NCBI GenBank assembly: GCA_002269645.1
Contig: NIVC01004153.1
Span: 1-57,665, forward strand
Direction of reading: 5' to 3'
Source: Macrostomum lignano
Taxonomy: Eukaryota
DNA length: 57,665 nucleotides
How positions within the stretch are numbered: position 1 is the stretch's first letter; each line of letters opens with the position of its first letter. Made by a program: the position numbers and the translations under genes. Under the pieces are notes generated by a model that was not told the origin of the DNA, did not search any database, and was given only the letters and a program-made list of their open reading frames with translations. Below, one piece after another: positions 1 to 8,013 of this stretch.

Positions 1-473
1 ATTTTTCATATAATTCAACCGCGGTTGATAATTCATGAATCGTTATCTCTCCGTCATCCAATATTTTTTGCACATATAAATATAACTGATTTTTATATTG
101 TTTTGCAACATCTCTTAAATGATTTATATTTTTCCTTTCTTTTTTTAAGATATAATTTAATTGCTAAAAGTATTGATAAGTTCCTGATCAATTCAAAACC
201 TGATATTGAGCCAATTGAAATACCTAAAAATAATTGAGATAAATTAAGAGTTGGAATAGATTGTAAAATACCTAAAACGATTACACATAACATTGATAAG
301 CTTCCAAATCCAATATTGAAAAAGTCCATATTTCTTATATGGTTTGAAACTCTTCTTACTTTTTTAGCATATAAATCATAATCATAGTTAATACGATCAA
401 CATTACTTAACATCTGACCTTTACGTTGGTTGAACCGGTCGCGTTCCCATTTATCTGCTTCAGATACCGACAT
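1..473 (-). CDS. Polinton membrane protein (GasderminX-like family); one extra base near 118, runs off the window edge
   Basis: ORF 93..473 has two hydrophobic helices then a Lys-rich stretch. Skipping one T near 118 continues as LRDVAKQYKNQLYLYVQKNMDDGEITIHELSTAVELYEK, which resembles the C-terminus of this Polinton family (from memory). Confidence 0.55.
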
Positions 474-479
474 TCTCGT

Positions 480-785
480 CTATTTTAATAGCACCAAAAT
501 GAATTCCCCGCGCTCTTTGGGGATTTGTCCCGAGCTCAATAGGTATTGTATTGGAGTGATTCTTTCTTTTTTCTCCCATTTAAATCCTATTTTCCAAAAC
601 TCTTGAAGTATAATATGATTTTTTAATAACTTAATTAATTCTTGAAGCTTCTTATTATCCTGAACATTTACAGTACTAAATAAAAATTTGGTATGAGATT
701 TGAATGTTTTTATATTTGATTCTTGTTTAGGAATAGGAATAATAACATTATTTTGCCGCATCGATGGAGTTCTACTAAAAGCCAT
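480..785 (-). CDS. Hypothetical viral protein, 101 aa
   Basis: Tightly packed ORF in the viral gene train; no recognisable motif. Confidence 0.5.
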   Translation of the reverse strand: MAFSRTPSMRQNNVIIPIPKQESNIKTFKSHTKFLFSTVNVQDNKKLQELIKLLKNHIILQEFWKIGFKWEKKERITPIQYLLSSGQIPKERGEFILVLLK

Positions 786-803
786 ATTTAATATATAAAT
801 ATT

Positions 804-2832
804 TTATATTTGAGTAGGAGGTTTTTCCAAATAAGCAGTAGAGGGAAAAACATAACCAAACGACGTACTACCACATACAACTGCACCACGAATAAAATGT
901 GCAGCATCCGCTCCACCAGTTCGAGCACCAAAACCCATAAGGGTTCCCTAAAGTTCCCCAAGTTCCACTATCATATGTGAAAACGTTCTGTCCAATGAGG
1001 GTAAAAGAATCACCAGCAACATTGTATGACTGTAATCGGTACCAAACCCTTTGATTTAAAATATTAACTTCAAATAAATGCCAATCGCCGTTATCAATAT
1101 TAGCATAGGCTACAGTTTGATCCGTCATATTAACATCGCGCGCTGATCCGTCTGATTTTTTATTACTCCAAACAACTCCAAACCTATCATGCCACTCACT
1201 TGCAAAACTATCAATCCGGCGTCGGTTGATAATCCAGTTCCAAATTCCGATGTTGGACGTTGGTGACAGTATGCATAAAACCAAACCGCATCTGCACCAT
1301 CTCCTGTAGCATTAGCAACTCGGAAAAAGAAAGACGCAGATATATTTTGAAAATGTGTGAAATTGAATTGTAAAGCCCACTTACACTGCGGTTTCACGAG
1401 TAATTCTAGCTCCATTTTGATAATCGATATAAGAAGCGTCACCAATTAAAGAACCGACTGGATATATATCTCCGGCGGTTGTTGGATTTTGATATCCAGA
1501 CCAATTGCAAATTACTGGTTCGAACAAGGCCGCATCAATAGCAGGTATTCCATCCAATTTATTTTTATCGCTTCCAGACATTCTACCATTTGATGTTGGA
1601 GTAGCTAGCTGATCTACGTACGCTCGCGGAACTGCAGAAAGTATTTGAGTTGGCCAATTAAGATCTTGAATTTCAACACGGTGTTCAAATAATTGTATTT
1701 GACGAACCTCGATAGGTTGTGTACCGGTACCACCAGTTGGGAAGAATACGCTATAATATTTCCAAAAATTAGTCGTTAAATTAGATAGAGCAAATGATGT
1801 TGCTTGAACTGGTGATCCCGACGTAGTTAATGTTGTCCATGAATCGGTAGCAACATTTTTTGCGCGAACCGACCACCCCGAGGGTATCTCAATTGTTTCA
1901 CTGCCTGTAATTCTTAATTCAAATATTCTTCTATTATAACCTAAAAATTCAAATTGAATTTCCATATTGGTTGTGGTTCCGGTATTTGGTGACCATTGTG
2001 TCGCAAGGCTTCCATCTCCAACTCGAAAAGCTGTGTTGCCATTTTCAGATGCTGTAAGAACAACATCAGGATTTGAAGTATTTGATGTAAGCGGCGTGGT
2101 AAAAATATCGGCGTCGGTTGCATTAGCTCGCTCATTTACTTGGCCTAGAGTTATCGAGTCTGCGTTATCTGTTCCAAATAATAAATTTGTTAATTTAAAA
2201 TTATTCATATTAATATTACCACTACGAGTGGCAACTTGATTATCGACATAGTTCTTATCAACCACTGAATCACTAGTTGTAATTGAAACATTTATAATTC
2301 GGTTGTTGCTCATATCTAGGTTTCCGGTTGCGGTGGTTTGAACATAACGTGAATCAGAATCAGTTCGAGAATAAGAATCAGTTACATCTCTTTTTAAATT
2401 TAATCCATTATCAACTTCGGTTTTGGTATAAGAATCGGCTACGTTCCGTTTCAAATTTAATGAATTATCAACTTCGGTTTTGGTATAAGAATCGGCTATG
2501 TTCCGTTTCAAATTTAATGAATTATCAACTTCGGTTTTGGTATAAGAATCGGCTGTATTGCGTTTTAAATTTAATGAATTATCAACTTCGGTTTTGGTAT
2601 AGGAATCGGCTACGTTCCGTTTCAGATTTAGTGAATCATCTATTTGAGTTTTGGTATAGGAATCTGCAACATTTCTTTTTAAATTTAGTTTAGTATCAAC
2701 TTCACTTTTTTTATAACCTTCATCTTCATTAATATATCGATTATCTCCAAATGTAACACTTATTCCACCAGATGTGCCACCACCGCCACTACTTGTTGTT
2801 CCGTTCCATGAGGGTGTTCCAGAAAATAACAT
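804..2832 (-). CDS. Fibre/receptor-binding-like protein (about 675 aa after correcting three 1-bp indels): 19-aa repeats, discoidin-like domain, C-terminal L-type lectin domain
   Basis: ORF 1381..2832 has (DSYTKTEVDNSLNLKRNVA)n, GNLDMSNNRIINV, DGSLATQW and ATPTSNGRMSGSDKNKLDGI. Frames 1125..1445 (GDGADAVWFY), 868..1284 (NIDNGDWHLFEV) and a final frame (YGFGARTGGADAAHFI...PPTQI*, stop 804-806) join into a ConA-like lectin. Confidence 0.7.
2371..2712 (-). repeat. Six 57-bp coding repeats (19 aa) in the fibre gene
   Basis: ATA(A/G)GAATC unit starts at 2371, 2428, 2485, 2542, 2599 and 2656. Confidence 0.9.
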
Positions 2833-2841
2833 TTTTACTGT

Positions 2842-3282
2842 CTATTTTATAGAGTCTAAAATAGTCTTAAATACTTCGGGGTTTACACGAGCTTCATTCG
2901 AAAGTCGATATAAAAAATACAACGCCGCTTGCCCGCAATAACTTTTATCAAAGGTTTGAAATTGTTCGTGATGATCTCCACATAAACGATTTTTAGTATG
3001 ATTAAATTTGTCTTTTATTTCCTGTAACGGAGGAAGCGCGTATGAATCAAAAAAATAAACAAGTTTTGGTTTTGAATAAACTGCTGACCAATGAACACCG
3101 TTTTCTTTTGTTGTTTCAATATTAACAATGAAAGATCCATATTGTGGTAAGTCTTTGATCTCATCTCGCATAACACATCTGAATGGTTTTATTTTTAACT
3201 GCCTCGCCCAATTTGTTAATTCGATATTGCTTGTTGTGTCCGTTCCATATCTTTGTTTAAAATCATCCCACGTCATGGTCAT
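2842..3282 (-). CDS. Adenain-like cysteine maturation protease
   Basis: NGVHWSAV (His), YFFDSY (Asp), Q..DKSYCG (Gln/Cys) in the Polinton/adenovirus order. Confidence 0.9.
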   Translation of the reverse strand: MTMTWDDFKQRYGTDTTSNIELTNWARQLKIKPFRCVMRDEIKDLPQYGSFIVNIETTKENGVHWSAVYSKPKLVYFFDSYALPPLQEIKDKFNHTKNRLCGDHHEQFQTFDKSYCGQAALYFLYRLSNEARVNPEVFKTILDSIK

Positions 3283-3283
3283 T

Positions 3284-3493
3284 TTATGTTCCTGAAAAAC
3301 TCTTGGTTTTAGTTAGTTTCGTAGGTGTGGGTTTTAACAATTCCTTTCTTATTTTATCAGCTTGTAACTGCCTTAATTTTGCTAGTTCTAGTTCGTAATT
3401 ATCTTCAGCTTTTTTAACTTTTTCTGATTGTTTTTTTAGTAAATTATTATTATTATCGTGCTTTGCACGCGAACATGTTGTTCGATTACCCAT
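3284..3493 (-). CDS. Small basic coiled-coil hypothetical viral protein
   Basis: 69-aa ORF with AAAAATG start context, abutting the protease start. Confidence 0.45.
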   Translation of the reverse strand: MGNRTTCSRAKHDNNNNLLKKQSEKVKKAEDNYELELAKLRQLQADKIRKELLKPTPTKLTKTKSFSGT

Positions 3494-3506
3494 TTTTACT
3501 ATACGA

Positions 3507-4292
3507 TTAAACCTGTTTTATACATAAAATTATTGTTATTGACTGCCCACCAAAACTTATTAATCTATCGCTTTCATCTACAATCCTAATATAAATTGAT
3601 TGAACATTATATTGATTTAATGGGTAATATATTGGGGTTTGAGGTGATACAATCATTTTCTCTCCAATTGGAACAGCAAGAAATGGGATTGAATAAATAA
3701 TTCCACGTTGAACCAAAACTCCATTATTATCTGTTATATAACCACCGTTTGAAATGTCGGTTGTTATATTAATTGTATTTACTCCACCCTCTATATTTCC
3801 AACTGTATCACCGGTGCTTGATGTGGTAACTATTCGGGAATTAAATCCAAGTATGGTTCTGAGTGAATTTGCAATTGTGAAATCAACCTGATATCCGGAT
3901 CCTAGTGATAGTGTGAATCTGCCAGACGGTAAATCAACACCTATAACAATTGCTCCTGCTACCCAATCACCATTAGTTGTTAATTCTCCTTCTATATAAG
4001 CATTCAAATCAGTATAGCTATACGCTCCTGGGTTAACGCTAAATGTTGTCCAATTGGCTCCGGAATCTTTAGAATATCTAAATTGATTATTTGTTGCATT
4101 AATTAATTGAGGCATGTTAAAAACCGAAAATAATATCAAACCAATTTGATAACTTAGGCTTTGATCAAGTTGTAATGGATCGCGCAATTGAATCCGTTGC
4201 TCGCTGGTTGTCATTATAAACTGTAATGTTGTACTAAATTTTGAATTAGTTCGATCTACCAATTGTTTTATAGTATCTAAATTTGTAGTCAT
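3507..4292 (-). CDS. Minor capsid protein (penton)
   Basis: PGAYSYTDLN, SLRTILGF, VNTINITTDI and SPQTPIYYPL...IYIRIVDESDRLISFGG are typical of Polinton pentons. Confidence 0.85.
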   Translation of the reverse strand: MTTNLDTIKQLVDRTNSKFSTTLQFIMTTSEQRIQLRDPLQLDQSLSYQIGLILFSVFNMPQLINATNNQFRYSKDSGANWTTFSVNPGAYSYTDLNAYIEGELTTNGDWVAGAIVIGVDLPSGRFTLSLGSGYQVDFTIANSLRTILGFNSRIVTTSSTGDTVGNIEGGVNTINITTDISNGGYITDNNGVLVQRGIIYSIPFLAVPIGEKMIVSPQTPIYYPLNQYNVQSIYIRIVDESDRLISFGGQSITIILCIKQV

Positions 4293-4310
4293 TTTTATAG
4301 TGGGAAATTA

Positions 4311-4373
4311 ATCGGACGAAGTCCGCGTTCCGAAGGAACGATCGTACCGAAGGTACGCGTGCTATGCACGATC
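4311..4373. other. Array of four GC-rich triloop hairpins
   Basis: cggac-gaa-gtccg, cgttcc-gaa-ggaacg, cgtacc-gaa-ggtacg and cgtgc-tat-gcacg back to back. Confidence 0.85.
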
Positions 4374-5162
4374 CTCTTCTTCCTCATTATCTTCTTTTAT
4401 CAAATTTGTTAAAATTCTATGTTTCCTTTCTAACCTCGGATTGATATAAATATGTTTGTATTGGCTATCATCCCAAATTTTTTTACACATACTTTTAAAT
4501 GGTTTTGCATCCAATCCGGGATTAAATCTAGCGTGAATATTTTGTAGATCATAGTTATCTAAATCAAACATTACACAACAGCTAGCATTCTTTTTTATAA
4601 TCGATTCTAATTCTCTAAAGGATTGAGTAAGATAAAAAGCTCCAATTCCATCTCCTCTACCACTAACAAAAATTTCCTTTTGCAATTCTTGATCACCGTC
4701 ATTAATACAATCATCAAAAATAATTAGTGTTTTATCATGTTTTGGAATTTGATCATAGGCTAATCGGGTTGATACTCTAACAGTTGGGGCTCGATCGGAC
4801 GAAGTCCGCGACCCTTCGGGGCGATCGGTGATGTTTTCTGGCTGTTGTGCCATTGTTTTACATAAATCCTCAATGTCTGCTAGATTAAATCGCGGTTCGT
4901 CATCATCCTCATATTGCTCATATGCTCTTAACATTCTAAACAAGACATCTTTTTTTAATTTGTTTTTTAATCCATGTTTAAGAAATTCATAATATTTTAT
5001 TCTAGGTTTATTAGTATAAATTATTAAATTATTATAGTCTAACATTCCATCTGTTGTTAATAAATCGTAAACAAAGTGTGTTTTTCCTTTACCTGATCCT
5101 CCGATTACTAAACAAAGAAAAGGATCATTTGGAAATATTTTATTGTGTTTTGCCTTTACCAT
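4362..5162 (-). CDS. A32/FtsK-like DNA packaging ATPase
   Basis: Walker A GGSGKGKT, Walker B LIIFDD, SGR...GAFYLTQS motif. Confidence 0.95.
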   Translation of the reverse strand: MVKAKHNKIFPNDPFLCLVIGGSGKGKTHFVYDLLTTDGMLDYNNLIIYTNKPRIKYYEFLKHGLKNKLKKDVLFRMLRAYEQYEDDDEPRFNLADIEDLCKTMAQQPENITDRPEGSRTSSDRAPTVRVSTRLAYDQIPKHDKTLIIFDDCINDGDQELQKEIFVSGRGDGIGAFYLTQSFRELESIIKKNASCCVMFDLDNYDLQNIHARFNPGLDAKPFKSMCKKIWDDSQYKHIYINPRLERKHRILTNLIKEDNEEEEDRA

Positions 5163-5192
5163 TTTTAAAGAAATAATTTAAATAGACGCGAC

Positions 5193-5236
5193 GGTCGGAG
5201 ACCTGCACCGCTTACAGCGGGCGACGTGCTTTGCAC
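5193..5236. other. Array of three GC-rich triloop hairpins between MCP and ATPase
   Basis: ggtc-gga-gacc, ccgct-tac-agcgg, gtgc-ttt-gcac. Confidence 0.75.
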
Positions 5237-5243
5237 TGCGACA

Positions 5244-6714
5244 CTAAAGTGGCGCGTCCCGAACAATCGTGCCATCAGCTTTAGCAATTGACATATATTC
5301 CTCTAGAAACAATACGTGGGCGTCAAGTGCCTGATTACCGGTTTTATTAATCTCTAACATATAATTAAGTCCAATATTGGCTACGTTTTCTTTCTGTGCC
5401 GTTAGATCATAAACAACCACTGGATGAATGTTTAGAAACTCTGTGGGTGTGTACTGAGGGACGGCATACGCTTCATTTTTAGCATAATCTTGATAATATT
5501 TTATAAAATCATTAACATTATTATTTGCTATATTTAAATTTAGGGTCTTTAACCGGATAATATTGATCATCAACCTGCAGGCGGATATTCTGAACATTAA
5601 ACTCGTTAATAGCTGCAGCCGCATTGTCTGTTGCGGTGGCTGCTTGTTCTGCTATGGCACCGGATTGAAGCCAATATAAATCCCCATTTGCTCTTTTACT
5701 CCTTCTATTTGTTATCTTAAACCAAACAAAAATATATCTCACCCGACGTTTTGATGTCAGTATTTGCCACTGGAATGAATCCTGGTTATTATTAATGGTT
5801 CGCATAAAATGTCGACGATTCAAATAAAATATTTCCTGATCATGCGTTAACTGATTATCGATGTGTTTTAAAAGTGGGGCTGTTACCTCAATAGTTGGTA
5901 CGACTAATTGAATTGAATCTATACGAACTGCTATATCGGTTGAAATTGAGGTTCCATAAAGTATCCTAGGCTGATATCCACCAGATATTTGCAACTGTAT
6001 CCCAAATTTTAATCCTTTCCATACCCGATTTGGTGAGAAAAACCCAAATAGTGGAAAGATTGAAAAGTCCTGCTCATATGCTGTTGCTGTGGTTAAAACC
6101 GCGACTGGGAATTTATTCTGACGATCTATAAAACCAGTATTAATATCTTTTGTATTAGTCATAGTGGTTACAACTGGAACTATGTTTGTATTAAGGTAAA
6201 CAATTAGCGCTGCAGTATCTGCACCGGCTGCGTTTTGTACATTAGGGAAAACTACTGCTTGCCCGTTACCTTTATCCGGCATCCACCCAACATTATCACC
6301 AACTTGTTTTGATAAATAAGTATAATTTAAATGTTTCAAAACTCCATTAATCTCTGCGGGGTTTGATGATGTCTCAACCTCAGCACCATTAACAGTTAGT
6401 TGAGCTTGGGAAAAACATTTATAAAACCAATCATTTTCTATTATTATTCCAAATCGATCTGCGATATCTCCGGCTGCAAGAGCAGTTCCATCATTTCTAG
6501 TATATAACCATCTAACACGGAAAAATGCATTTTTCATATCCAATATAGTGTTGGTTGCGCCGATGTCAAAAGTTACCGTTCCAGTAGTAAAGTTATTTGA
6601 ATTATCACTTGTTGGTAGGGTATAATTTAAATCTCTTGCTCTGACCTCATTAATATACTGTCGGTGCTTTTTGAAATGAAATTTATCACTCCACATAGTT
6701 TTTGTTTCAGCCAT
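5244..6714 (-). CDS. Double jelly-roll major capsid protein (about 489 aa; one extra A near 5550)
   Basis: VTFDIG..TILDMKNAFFRV and FSQAQLTVNGAEVE motifs. ORF 5521..6714 joins 5244..5624 as YYPVK/TLNLNIANNN if one base is removed. Confidence 0.85.
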
Positions 6715-6748
6715 TTTTTTAAGTTAAAAAAGTTTTTTATGTTAAAAA

Positions 6749-7420
6749 ATGAGTCAATTTATGGACGTTGATGGAGAGTTAGCGATTTATAAAGAGAAGC
6801 AAAGATATTCTGATTTTGTTAGAAATTTACAAAAAAGAAAGTTAGGAATACAATTAGCGGGTGAAAGATTTGCTGCTCCTTTTGTTAATCCTATTACTGG
6901 GAAAATTAGTGAACTAGAAAAAACAGATAAAGATCTTCTGGAAAAAATTGCTAAAAATACGGAGCCAAAAGAGGATGAAATTTTGGATGAGCCGCCTGCT
7001 TATGATGTTGATCAAGCTCAATTGAGAATTGCAGAGATTAGACGTGCAGAGCGGGGCGATCGGGAACAATATCCAAGAGTACCAGCTAGTATTGCTGCGA
7101 CAGATTTAGGTAATAATAATTATCGAATTGGTGGAGTTGATAAAAATCGAAATGAACTATATAGAGAATTGGGTGGAGCATTTAATATTATTACGAACCC
7201 TAGGGTAAAATTTAACCCTGATTTATATACTAGAGATGAATTAGTAAGTGCTAAAATTTTTTACGATGAGTTAGGAGGTGGGGGTGTTAAAAATACCAGC
7301 TTGTATAAAAGGATTGTTAATTCTATAAATAACAAACCGGCTGTTGGAGAAGGATTTAAAACTCCTAGAAAACTTGTTTTAGCTGCCGCGAAAGCTGCTG
7401 GACATACAGGAATTAATTAA
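6749..7420 (+). CDS. Hypothetical Polinton protein, 223 aa
   Basis: Long ORF divergent from MCP with AAAAAATG start; N-terminal coiled coil ending FAAPFVNPIT. Confidence 0.6.
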   Translation: MSQFMDVDGELAIYKEKQRYSDFVRNLQKRKLGIQLAGERFAAPFVNPITGKISELEKTDKDLLEKIAKNTEPKEDEILDEPPAYDVDQAQLRIAEIRRAERGDREQYPRVPASIAATDLGNNNYRIGGVDKNRNELYRELGGAFNIITNPRVKFNPDLYTRDELVSAKIFYDELGGGGVKNTSLYKRIVNSINNKPAVGEGFKTPRKLVLAAAKAAGHTGIN

Positions 7421-7443
7421 TTGTTAAATTTATTTTTTATAAA

Positions 7444-8013
7444 ATGGAAACTAATAAGATTTGTACTAAGTGTAAACAAGAAAAACCGATGACGAAAGAA
7501 TTTTATTTTTGGAGAAATGATTCAAAAAAATTTAGAAATGATTGTCGATCTTGTCATAATACCTCATCTGCTATTTGGATAAAAAACAATAAAGCTAAAT
7601 GGAATGAATATAGAAAAAATAAGTATCACACTGATGATAATTACAAACATATTGTTTTAATTAGAAATAGAATAAATTGGGCGTTGAAAAATTTTAATGA
7701 CAAGGACTATATCTCATATCTTGGTTGCACAAAAGAATTCTTTTTTGATTGGTTAAATTTCACAAGAAATTATTATGTATCAAAAGATTATACTGGAAAG
7801 TTAGATATTGATCATTTCATCCCCGCTTCTTCATTTAGTTACAAAGATGATGATCAGATGATAAGGTCTGAAAATTGGAGAAATAAAAGATACTTAACTA
7901 GCGTAGATAATCGCTATAAAAAAGTTCAACAACCAACCATTGAAGAGTTTGCAAAACAATTGGCGCTATCATGTATTTTTATGGCTATTAAAAATGACCC
8001 AAATAGTATTTGA
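7444..8013 (+). CDS. HNH-type (homing) endonuclease with N-terminal C4 zinc finger
   Basis: CTKC...CRSC; YLGCTKEFF; LDIDHFIPASSF...ENWRNKRYLTSVDNRYK resembles giant-virus/phage HNH nucleases. Confidence 0.75.
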   Translation: METNKICTKCKQEKPMTKEFYFWRNDSKKFRNDCRSCHNTSSAIWIKNNKAKWNEYRKNKYHTDDNYKHIVLIRNRINWALKNFNDKDYISYLGCTKEFFFDWLNFTRNYYVSKDYTGKLDIDHFIPASSFSYKDDDQMIRSENWRNKRYLTSVDNRYKKVQQPTIEEFAKQLALSCIFMAIKNDPNSI

